From assembly GCA_001275005.1 (NCBI GenBank), contig JWZX01002322.1, positions 1 through 38,223 on the forward strand: a stretch of 38,223 bases of DNA, read 5' to 3'. This document shows positions 8,554 to 17,810 of this stretch, one piece after another. How positions within the stretch are numbered: the stretch's first letter is position 1; every line of letters starts with the position of its first letter. The stretch comes from Chrysochromulina tobinii (Eukaryota). The notes beneath the pieces were generated by a model. The model searched no databases. It was not told the origin of the DNA and worked only from the letters and a program-made list of their open reading frames with translations. The translations under genes and the position numbers were made by a program.

Positions 8554-11500
8554 ATGATGTCGGGTTGGGTCGCTGGGACCCCTGTCCAACCCTTCAGTGA
8601 GCTGCTCGACCGCATCGAAGACCTTCTTGGAGAGGATCGTGGGAGCGTCCGGGACAGCTGTGCGACGCAAGTGTTCAGCTATAGCCAGCCGCCGAGCCGG
8701 CAATCGCACCGTACTCCCCCGCCTCCGCCTCCGCCACCGCCCTCTCAGCCCAACTCACGGAGTTGGGCGGCGCCAGTGGCCACGCCAGCGCCACGCAACC
8801 AGCCGCCGCTGACGCCTCGAAACAAGCCGCCCTCAAAGCCTACGCCCGCGCCGTCCCACCCGCCTGCCGCTGCAGCTCCGACCACCACGCCGCGATGGCA
8901 GCCTCCTCCAGTGCCTCCAGCTCCTCTGACTGCAGCAGCACCGCCGTCACGACCGCCGCCGCCGCCGCCGCCGCCGCCACCGGCGCCTCCACTCACGCCC
9001 TTGGTCACGCACGGCCTGACCTCCCACCGCACCTCCGTGGCGTTCGGTGGCGCGCTCGAGCGTTGCTACGTGCACCGACCGTCGTTCGTGACGGTGCAGG
9101 CGCGCGACGCCTCGGGCGTCAACTGCCGCGTGGGCGGCGACAACTTCAGCGTGAAGCTGCGCGGGCCGATCAAGGACCTGGTCGCGAGCGTGCACGACCG
9201 CGACGACGGCACGTACGTCGCCGAGTTCACGGCGCCCGTGACGGGCGAGTACGCGCTTCTCGTGCTGCTCGACGGCCGTCACATCCACGGCTCGCCTTTT
9301 GTGCTCCGCGTTGGATCCGGCGCGGCGCATGGACCGAGCTGCGTGCTGCTCGAGGCGGCGGGCGAGAAGGGCGGCTTTCCTTCTCGTGCCCACGACGGCG
9401 TCGCGCCCTCGTCCGCACCGCTCACAAGCCCCCGCCCGCCGCTCGTTGCGGGGGTTGAGATGCGATTCGTGCTTGAGGCCCACGACGAGCGCGGCGGGCG
9501 GATCACACATGGGGGCGAGCATGTGCAGGCGTGGCTGCAGCCGGCGCCCGACGCGCAGCCCGCGGCGGTCGCGTCGCTCGTTGGTGGGCCGCACGCGCGC
9601 GCGCCGCCCGAGCTAGCCATCGACGACCGTGGCGACGGCACGTACCTGGTTCGGCTGCGCGTGTACGTGGCAGGCCCGTACGAATTACACGTGCTGCTTG
9701 GCGCGCGTGCGGCGGAGGAGCGCATCGGGGGCACGCCGCTCGCGCTGCGCGTGGTGCCCGGTCCGGCGTGCGCGCCCGCGACGACGCTCCACGTGCTCTC
9801 GCCCTCGGGCGTGCCGATGCCGCACGGCACGCCCTTTGCGCCCGTTCACGCGGGCGTGGAGACGTCCTTCATGCTGCTCGCGAACGACTCGTACGGCAAC
9901 GCCTGCGGGCGCGGCGGCGGGCGCTTCGAGATGGCGGTGGAGCACAGCACGAGCGCGGACGCGCGGGATGACTTTTTCGTGGCGACCGATCTCGTCGATC
10001 ACGCCGATGGCCGTTACAGCGGCAGCCTGCGCGCGGGACGCGCGGGCGAGGCGTTGCTTCGAGTGACCCTCGATGGCGCGCCGATAGGGACGCCATTCAT
10101 CGTGCCGATCGTGCCAGGCCCGACGTGCGCCGCGTGCTGCCGCGTGCGCGTCGCGCGGGCGTCGCTCGACGCCCACGCGGATCCACACCGATGGGCCGCG
10201 CTGCATGCATCGGCGCCGTTGGGCAAGGGAGCCGCGCTGGGGTGCCCACCACAACGCGTTGGCCAGCCGGCCGGCGCTGGAAGAGGGTTTGGAGCCGCGG
10301 GCATGTCGCCCTCGGCGCCGCTTCCACAGCTCACGATGGGTGTGGGCGAGACGGCGGAGGCGCTCATCGAGGCGTACGATGCGTACGGGAACCCACGCGG
10401 TCGAGGTGCGCTGACGGGCACAGAATGGCCTCTGAATGCCGCTGAGTGCCTCTGAGAGTGCCTCGGGCTGCTCTCTGAGCGCCTCAGAATGCCTCTTGAG
10501 TGCCTCTGGATTGACTCTTGATTGCCCTCTTGAGTGCCGCTGATTGCCTCTTGAGTGCCTCTGAGTGCCTCCTGAGCGCCTCTGACGGCCACCGTCCCTT
10601 CGCCCCCATCATCAGGCGGTGACACGTGGCACCTCGAGATCAACGGCCCTCAAGGTGCGGGTAATGCCCAGCACGGCGCGGGTAATGCCCAGCACGGCGC
10701 GGGCGGTGCCCAGCACGGCGCGGGCGCGTCCCACTCGATCCTCGATCGTGGCGATGGCACCTACGTACTGAGCCTCACCTGTCGTGTGGCCGGCGAGCAC
10801 GTCGCCCACGTGGGCCTATGGAGCTCTCCGAGGGCACCCGCCGAGGACGCTGCCGTCTCGGGCCGGCTGGACCCAGGTACGCTGCCGTACCAGCTGCAGC
10901 CAGTCACGCCCGTCGCACGGGCGGCGCCCAACACGGCGCCGGCAGTTTCGGCGCAGCCGCAGCTCCACTGGTTACCTCACGCACCGCTGCGCTTGCTGGC
11001 GACGCCCCAGGCGCTCACAGCTGCATGCACGATCGTGTGGCCGCGCCCGCCGCCGCCGGTGCAGGCAGGCGAGCCGATCGAGCTGCTGCTGCGTGCGACG
11101 GATCCATGGGGCAATCCGGTCGGCTCTCTGGGCGGCGCGACCGCGGTGCTCGAGAGGCTCGCAGATCTCGATCTGCAGCCACTCACCCTGCTGCAGCCGC
11201 GGCGCGCCGTCCTGGGCGCGGGCACGGCCGCCGAGGACGATGCGGACGACCTCGCGCGCCGTTACATCCCCTGCGAGCTGCACCGCGGGGGCTTCGTCCG
11301 GGAAGGCGCCCGGGACGGCGCCCGGGACGGCGCCCGGGACGGCGCCCGGGACGGCGTCCGGGACGGCGCCCTGGACGACGACACGTACTTCGAACCGGAG
11401 TCGAGCGCGCGTTCGATAGGCTGGAGTGAGCTGCGGCTGCGCGCCTTCCCCACACGCGTCGGTCTCTACCTGCCGCTCCTCACCGTGCATGGTCAGCCCT

Positions 11501-11783
11501 TCAGGCCGCCCACGATTGAGTATGCGATGCATGTGCGCGCTCACCACGACGCCCCCTCCGCGATGCATGCACGTGCTCACCACGACGCCCGCTCCTCTCC
11601 CCACAGGTGCGCGCTGGCCCGCCCGCCGCGCAGCGCTCGTACGCGCGCGGCCCGGCGCTGCGCGGCGGCGAGGTCGGGCAGCTCTGCCGATTTCGGGTCG
11701 CTGTGTGCGATGCGTACGGCAACCCACTGCGGGGCTGTGCAGCAGCGGTGCGGGCAACCGTGCGACACGTGCCCCACGGACAA

Positions 11784-11828
<45 letters not shown>

Positions 11829-13612
11829 AGGGGCTCTATGGGCGCCGCCCGCGGCGCAACGGCTGCCTCGCCAGACCGTCGCGACCGGCAGAGCGCCCGA
11901 GCAGCCGACTACGCCGCGGCGGCGGGCGCAGCCGGCGTCTTGCCCTCGTCGCCCGCGTCGCACGTGTCGGCCTGCTTGGGTGCGATCTCGAGCTGGCAAG
12001 CCGTGCGGCACGCCGAGGAGGCGGGCGCCATAGCGAGCGCTCAGGAGCGCGCGATGGCAAACGCGGCGGCGGAGGACGAGGCGTGCATGCGCGGCGCTGA
12101 CCGTGATGAAGACGACGAGGCGGCGTGGGGCGAGAGCGCGCACGAGGTGTGCGTCGTCACCGTGGACGACGCCGAAGAGGATGAGGCGCCCGAGACGGCG
12201 GGATGGGCGCGTGCCACATTTATGCCGCGCCGTGCCGGCACCCACGTGATCCGCGCGTACGTGGGCGGCCTCGAGATCAGCGGCTCCCCCTCGTGCATGC
12301 AAGTGCTCACCACGACGCCCCCTCCACTTCCCCACAGGTACGTGGGCGGCCTCGAGATCAGCGGCTCCCCCTTCGTAACGGCATTCAGCGCGGGCTCTGT
12401 GGCTGCGGCGCGCTGCGCCGCGCGCGGCGAAGGGCTGCGCACGGCCACCGTCGGCGCAGCCGCGCTGGTCGAGGTATGTTCGACGCGAGCGGGAACCAAA
12501 TTAGGAACATTCTCCAACGTGGCGATGCATGCAAGTGCTCACCACGACGCCCGCTCCTCTCCCCACAGGTGTGTTCGTTCGACGCGAGCGGGAACATGCT
12601 CCGACGTGGCGATGGGGGCGCCAGTGTCTTCGTCGCGTCCCTCCAACGGCCGGACGGCGCCCCTGTCGACTGCACGTCGCGGTGCTTCGACCGCGATGAT
12701 GGCAGCTACCGACTCGCATACACGACGTTCACGGCTGGTGCGATGCAGCTGTCGATCAGCTGTCGCGGCTGCCCCGTGCGTGGCTCCCCCTTTGACGTTG
12801 TCGTCGCGCCTGGGCGCGCACATGCGCCGCACTGCCGTGTCGTGGGCTCGGGCGCTTCCTTTGCTAGGCTCGCGCCAACGGTCGCCACGTTCACCCTCGT
12901 GTGCTACGACCGTTGGCGCAACCGGTGCGTGGCGGGCGGCGAGCGTGTGGTCGTCAAGGCAGCAGGCCCCACGCACCCCATCTTGAGCGTGCTCGACCTC
13001 TCCGATGGCACGTACCAGGTCTGCGCGCGCTACTCGCTCTCGGGCATCTATCTGCTGACGGTGGGCCTCGGCGCAAGGGCGGAGGAGCGCATGCTCGTCC
13101 CCGGCTCGCCGCTCACCGTGTACGTCGGCCTGCAGCTTGCGGAGCAGTATCTGGAGCGATGGCTCGACGAGGCGCCACGTGTCAAGTCGAGCCTCGCCGC
13201 CGAGGTTGCGGCAAGGGTGGGCGCCGGCGGCGCCGGTGGCGGCAGCGGTGGCGGCAGCGGTGGCGGCGGTCTGCTGGCACTCACGAGGCTCGGACAGTGG
13301 CGGCACGATCGCGAGGCACTGCTTGCGCACACGCTGCGTGCGTGGAAGCACTTTGTCGGGCGGCGGCTGCTCGATCGCATGGTGGCAGGCTCCGTCCCTG
13401 CCGGCTCGCCTCGAGTCGTCACCCACAAGGGGGCTCCGGTGCTTGCCCCGGGGCCGCCTTCCCAGCAGCAGCAGCAGCAGCAGCAGCCGAAGCGGCTCTC
13501 GCACCGTCCTCACCTCCACCCGCACGCCCTGACGACCACCTCGAGACTCAGCACGCCGAGATCGCCAAGGTCAGTGGCTGCGGGCTCGGCACGGCAGATT
13601 TCTTCACGCTAA
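8554..13612 (+). CDS. Filamin/ABP280 Ig-like repeat protein (~8 repeats) with Pro-rich N-terminus; exons 8554-10405, 10616-11532, 11607-12256, 12338-12473, 12569-13612 (~1532 aa)
   Basis: Recurrent filamin motifs (D-x-x-GN...GG; D-x-x-DGTY; GxY-x-L-x-V; GSPFxVxV-x-PG) run across ORFs 8554, 10786, 11607 and 12203. Four GT-AG introns join them in frame (sum 4599 nt). The donor of intron 2 is less certain. Confidence 0.85.
10406..10615 (+). repeat. 210-nt intron filled with degenerate 10-11-nt TGAGTGCCTC(T) satellite
   Basis: GAG|GTGCGC donor; roughly 15 units of CTGA(G/A/T)TGCCT from ~10422-10590; CTGAC at 10582-10586; ATCAG|GC acceptor. Splicing restores the filamin motif YGNPRGRGGDTW. Confidence 0.85.
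11305..11372. repeat. 12-nt coding tandem repeat (DGAR)x~5
   Basis: ggcgcccgggac units within the filamin gene exon. Confidence 0.9.
11533..11606 (+). mobile_element. Introner-like intron B (~74 nt) with a degenerate plus an intact element copy in tandem
   Basis: The element at 11560-11606 is identical over 47 nt to the copy in CLASP, with a degenerate copy at 11523-11559. The acceptor CAG|GTGCGC at 11606 switches to the filamin frame. Proposed donor CAT|GTGCGCGCT duplicates the first 9 nt of the next exon. Confidence 0.7.
12257..12337 (+). mobile_element. Introner-like intron C (81 nt): perfect 35-nt copy of next exon plus 46-nt element variant
   Basis: GC|GTACGTGGGCGGCCTCGAGATCAGCGGCTCCCCCT-CGTGCATGCAAGTGCTCACCACGACGCCCCCTCCACTTCCCCACAG|GTACGTGGGCGG. 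Removal gives IRAYVGGLEISGSPFVT. Confidence 0.85.
12474..12568 (+). mobile_element. Introner-like intron D (95 nt): decayed copy of next exon plus 47-nt element
   Basis: GAG|GTATGT donor. The element at 12522-12568 has 1 mismatch to copies A/B. Splicing is required to join the two filamin frames (LVE|VCSFDASGN). Confidence 0.88.
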
Positions 13613-14083
13613 TTTACGTGAGCTTAGCTGATAGAATGGTTAGCACCGGCCAATACGATAGAGGGGTTAGAGCACATATATCGGAATCTGTACGTGTCGT
13701 GTGCCACAGTGTTCAAAGCCTATTAGGTAATTACCTGAGTAGTGGGAAGGTCCCCCTAGGCGTCAAAAAAGTGCGCCGCTGTGGGCGTGACTTAGTTTGC
13801 GGCATGGTTTGCGGACGAGAAGCACTCGGACTCGCGCTCGCACGTCTCGCTCTCTCTCCTCTCACGACCATGCACACGGCTAACGCGCGCGTACATGTAA
13901 GGGGCCTGTGGGGCCTGCTGCCGAAGTGTTCCGTATCTGTCAGTCGTCAGCGCTGCCCGCGGCATGCCTGCGAGTGGAGCGCTGGCAACCATGTTGATGT
14001 GTCCGCAAGTGTAACCTATAAGGGTCGCGTTTCGCTGCAGAGTGACCTTCGGCTTCGCTTTCGAAGCCTGTGGCCTCCTCGAA

Positions 14084-16117
14084 TCATGCGGACAACATGA
14101 AGGGCCATGTGCGGTGTGTGGTCACCGATTCGCCTGCCTTCCACATGCCCTTGTGCAAGACGGAGCCGTCGGCAGACCGCAGCGATCCGCGCCCCTCATG
14201 CGCATCGGCCTTCCACTCGCCCTCGTAGACATCGCCGTCGGCATACCGCATCGTGCCGCGCCCGTTCTTCTCATCAGCTTTCCACTCGCCCTCGTAGATG
14301 GCGCCGTCGGCGTACCGCTGCATGCCGCGCCCATTCTTCTGATCAGCCAACCACTCGCCCTCATACACGTCGCCATCGGCCTCCCGCAGCGTGCCATGCC
14401 CACCAAACTTGTCCTCCTTCCACTCGCCCTCGTAGACATCGCCGTCGGCGTACCGCTGCATGCCGCGCCCGTGCCTGTCATCAGCCTTCCACTCGCCCTC
14501 ATACATGTCGCCATCGGCCTCCCGCAGCGTGCCATGCCCACCGAACGTATTCTCCTTCCACTCGCCCTCGTAGACATCGCCGTCGGCGTACCGCATCGTG
14601 CCGCGCCCGTGCCTGTCATCAGCCTTCCACTCGCCCTCGTAGACGGCGCCGTCGGAATACCGCATCGTGCCGCGCCCATTCCTTTCCCCAGCCTTAAACT
14701 CGCCGTCATAGACATCGCCGTCGGGGCACCGGTAGACGCCGTGCCCCTCTGTCTGGCCATCTTTCCACTCGCCCTCATATATGGTGCCGTCGCCATACCG
14801 CATCGTGCCGCGCCCCTCCTCCTCACCAGCCGCATTGCGTTCACCATCGTACTCGGAAAGCATCTCACCACCAAAACCGCTCATCGTGTTGGCAATCCTG
14901 GTAATATACTCATCATACAGGTCCTTGACGATCGTCTTGTCGCCCTTGCCCGTGAAGAAGGCGTTTCGGATGTTCAACCGCACGCGCTCGATCCGCGGGC
15001 CCAGGCCTTCGCTGCCGCCGTACTGCTCGCTCGACGGCTCCGGCGCCTCGCCGTCGATCTCGACCAGCTTGGGCGGCAGCCTATCGAGGATCGTCTTCAG
15101 ACCCGGTAAATACGCGGCTTGCGCGATGCCTTCGGTGCTCACGGCACTCTCGAGCGTCGTCCACCCGCGCGCGCCGTACGGCCGCGGGTTGTGGTACGTG
15201 AACACGGCCGTCGCGCCCTCAAACAGCCCCGCCGCCACCGCCCGCTCCGCGTCCGCATGTGAGGCGAAGCGCGCACGCCACAAGAAGCCTTGCTTGTCGT
15301 GGCGCAGGCTGTCGAGCTTGCCGTAGGCCTCGAGTGCACAGCGCACCGCCTCGGCCGTGAGGGCCTTCGTCATGCCGGGGGGAGAGATGGCCTCGAACAG
15401 TTTCTGCTCCTTGGCGCTCAGCTTGTCGTACTCCGCTTGGCACAGGTCATAGTCCGTGCCGCGCTTGTGGTAACGAATGCCCACGATCGGGTCCATGCCC
15501 GAGCGACTGCAAATGTGGTCCGGGTGGGCCGCCTTGTCGGCCGCGTATTCGCGCACCACCACCTCGCCGTCAAGGCTCGCCGGACGTGAGGGCACAGAGC
15601 GGTGGCGAATGACCATTGTTCCGAGGACGGAGGCGTACATGTCGGCCATCACCTCGAGCGCTTGGGCGAAAACCTTGGCGTCGCTCTCTGAGCGCGGCTC
15701 CTGCGGCAGGCTGCAAGCGTCCCAAAAGACGGCCTGCACGTGCGCGCCCAGCCCGCTGCGCAGGAAGCGGCTGATGGCACGCAGGTACTCGCCCGATGGA
15801 TCCGACCCGTCGGGCGTGTCCCAACCATACGTGAGGGAGGAGATCTCACGCTTGTTGCTGCGCAGCAGCTTGATCGCATCCTTGGGCGTGTGGAAGATGC
15901 GGATTCCCTCGGAGCGCTCGCGCGCCTCAAGGTCCTGCCGGCGCGCAATCTTGGTGCCGATGGTGCCGTCCCGGATGCGGCCGGCGATGATCAGCTTGAT
16001 GGCGCCCGAGCGGAGGGTATCGTAGAGGTGATCGTCGAGCGCCATTAGAAGCGAAATCGCCTCGTGGTCGCGGACGCGCACACGCGCCACCGCCGTCTTG
16101 CTCGCTGAGCACCCCAT
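14084..16117 (-). CDS. N-acylated (MGC) protein with HET-like domain, inserted ZZ-like zinc finger and RRM-like segment, and ~10 MORN repeats (677 aa)
   Basis: ATG at 16117 gives MGCSASK (myristoylation/palmitoylation-type). HET-like motifs: LTYGW..DPSG, FWDACSLPQ, ALEVMADMY, YGARGWTTLE. ZZ-like: HPDHICSRSGMDPIVGIRYHKRGTDYDLC. Ten 23-aa YEGEW-K-x5-GxG repeats. The MORN call is firm; HET, ZZ and RRM are by motif recognition. Confidence 0.8.
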   Translation of the reverse strand: MGCSASKTAVARVRVRDHEAISLLMALDDHLYDTLRSGAIKLIIAGRIRDGTIGTKIARRQDLEARERSEGIRIFHTPKDAIKLLRSNKREISSLTYGWDTPDGSDPSGEYLRAISRFLRSGLGAHVQAVFWDACSLPQEPRSESDAKVFAQALEVMADMYASVLGTMVIRHRSVPSRPASLDGEVVVREYAADKAAHPDHICSRSGMDPIVGIRYHKRGTDYDLCQAEYDKLSAKEQKLFEAISPPGMTKALTAEAVRCALEAYGKLDSLRHDKQGFLWRARFASHADAERAVAAGLFEGATAVFTYHNPRPYGARGWTTLESAVSTEGIAQAAYLPGLKTILDRLPPKLVEIDGEAPEPSSEQYGGSEGLGPRIERVRLNIRNAFFTGKGDKTIVKDLYDEYITRIANTMSGFGGEMLSEYDGERNAAGEEEGRGTMRYGDGTIYEGEWKDGQTEGHGVYRCPDGDVYDGEFKAGERNGRGTMRYSDGAVYEGEWKADDRHGRGTMRYADGDVYEGEWKENTFGGHGTLREADGDMYEGEWKADDRHGRGMQRYADGDVYEGEWKEDKFGGHGTLREADGDVYEGEWLADQKNGRGMQRYADGAIYEGEWKADEKNGRGTMRYADGDVYEGEWKADAHEGRGSLRSADGSVLHKGMWKAGESVTTHRTWPFMLSA

Positions 16118-16294
16118 GCTCGACGCGCCCAATGCAGCGCCATCTTCACGTGTGCTTCAACTCTGAGTCTCAGACTCACGGCAGAGGGGTGCCTTCACAC
16201 ACCCCGGTACAGTACCGTTCAGGAGAAATTCGCGTGTAAGAAGGGTGCTCCCGTTGTGGCCGCCCCCAGCGCGCCAACTCGCGCCCGCCCGATC

Positions 16295-17626
16295 ATGTTC
16301 CGTATGGACTCGTCGGACGACGAGGACGGCGACGACGACGACGGCGGGCATGTGGTTCAGCAGGGATCCCCGCAAGAAGGATTTGCCGCGGCCGTTGTCG
16401 TAGAGCCAGTAGAGCCGGAGCCGCTTGAAGGTGCGCCTACTCAGGAGCAGGGCGATGGGGCGGGCAGTGAAACCGAAGACGACACCGACGACGAGGAAGC
16501 TCAGGTCGCCCAGCTAGCTGCGCCGCACGCCGCGCCTGCTCTGGCCGCCCAGCCCGCCAACGGCGATGATCAACACGAAGGCGCAATGCCGCAGCCCGAG
16601 GACTTGCAGCAGCATCTTGGCGACGCCACGCAGCCGCCCGACGACGCGCCCGAGCTCGCCGGAGTCCCACACGGCACAGCTGGTTCGGAGACCGAGGACG
16701 ACCACGATGAGGAGCAGGCGGCGGAGATCGCAGAGGACAGCGCTGCAGCCGCAGCCACTGCCATCAGCTCATCGGTGCACAAAGCGGTGGCCGAGGAGGA
16801 CGGAGACGACTCCATGCGGCAGGCAAGGGAGAAGGCGGAGTCTGAGGGTGGCGCATTTGATGACGAGCTGGGGGCGCCTGACGATGAAATGGAGGTGGAG
16901 GAGGAAGACGACGAGGAAGACGCTGAGGGCGAGGGCGAAGCTGGCGCGCCGACGGCGACAGACTTGGAGGAGAGCTCTTCACAGATGGAGGAGGAGAGCG
17001 GACTGATGGAGCTCTTCGCACCGGCTCTCGAGGTCTGCTACGAGGAGTATTACGAGCTCATGGCGTCGTGGCGCCCAGAGGGCGGGGACTGGCTGCTCAC
17101 TGATTGCCGTCGCGTCTATCGGCTTCGGCGGCAGGCCGCGGGCCGTGGCGCAGGCTGCAGCGGCGACCAGCCGAACGAGTTGCCGCCGCTGCCGTATGCG
17201 GCCCTCCAGGAGCTGCAAAGCGCGCCTTTCGAGGACGGCGGATTCGTGTCGCAGCACTTGCAGACAGAGCCCGAGAACGGACTGTACGTCCTCGCCGTCC
17301 TTTTCGGTTGGAAGCCCAGTGATGACGCGCTCAAGGTGTATGTCGATGCGGCAGTACGAGAGGAGGCCCGCAATCGTAGCCGTGGGGCGCGCAGCGGCCG
17401 ACGCGGCGGCCGTGCGGGGCGCCACGGTCGCATGGGCAGCAGCGGAGGCGGTAGCAGCAGCGGAGGCGGGGGCAGCAGCAGCAGCAGAGGCGGTAGCAGC
17501 AGAGGCGGTGGCAGCAGCAGCAGCGGCGGCGGCCGTGCCAGTGGCCACGGCAGCACGAAGCGGCCTCACGCAGAGCAGGACCAGGCCGCAGAGTCCGATT
17601 CATCCGAGGGCCAGTCAGTGGATTAG
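16295..17626 (+). CDS. Acidic low-complexity protein of unknown function (443 aa)
   Basis: First ATG in ORF 16256..17626. Long D/E-rich region with a repeated AGSETEDD, a short globular-looking segment (ELFAPALEVCYEEYY...LAVLFGW) and a Gly/Ser/Arg tail. Confidence 0.6.
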   Translation: MFRMDSSDDEDGDDDDGGHVVQQGSPQEGFAAAVVVEPVEPEPLEGAPTQEQGDGAGSETEDDTDDEEAQVAQLAAPHAAPALAAQPANGDDQHEGAMPQPEDLQQHLGDATQPPDDAPELAGVPHGTAGSETEDDHDEEQAAEIAEDSAAAAATAISSSVHKAVAEEDGDDSMRQAREKAESEGGAFDDELGAPDDEMEVEEEDDEEDAEGEGEAGAPTATDLEESSSQMEEESGLMELFAPALEVCYEEYYELMASWRPEGGDWLLTDCRRVYRLRRQAAGRGAGCSGDQPNELPPLPYAALQELQSAPFEDGGFVSQHLQTEPENGLYVLAVLFGWKPSDDALKVYVDAAVREEARNRSRGARSGRRGGRAGRHGRMGSSGGGSSSGGGGSSSSRGGSSRGGGSSSSGGGRASGHGSTKRPHAEQDQAAESDSSEGQSVD

Positions 17627-17810
17627 TCATACCGTCGAGAGGCCGCCGCGGCGCTTTCGCCTGTAAAGGATTGAATTTTTCGTGAACTTCCCTTCCCAAA
17701 TCTTCAGAAGTATTTCACGTCCGGCCGGACGACCGCGCCGGGACCGCGCACGCGGAAAAGTTAAAGTAACGGCCCCCCCTGGCTGCAATCTTGCGCCTCC
17801 TCGCGCTCTT

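Noticed and set aside
11560..11606. Cassette as a classical MITE or SINE
   Set aside because: The ends are not inverted repeats, there is no poly(A) tail or recognisable Pol III A/B boxes, and duplication length is not fixed. Only internal 8-bp palindromes (TGCATGCA, GCACGTGC) are present.
2630..13612. Dozens of overlapping alternative-frame ORFs within the CLASP and filamin genes
   Set aside because: Expected from stop-codon scarcity at high GC; no domain signatures.
14042..15109. 355-aa plus-strand repetitive hydrophobic ORF
   Set aside because: Antisense shadow of the MORN repeats.
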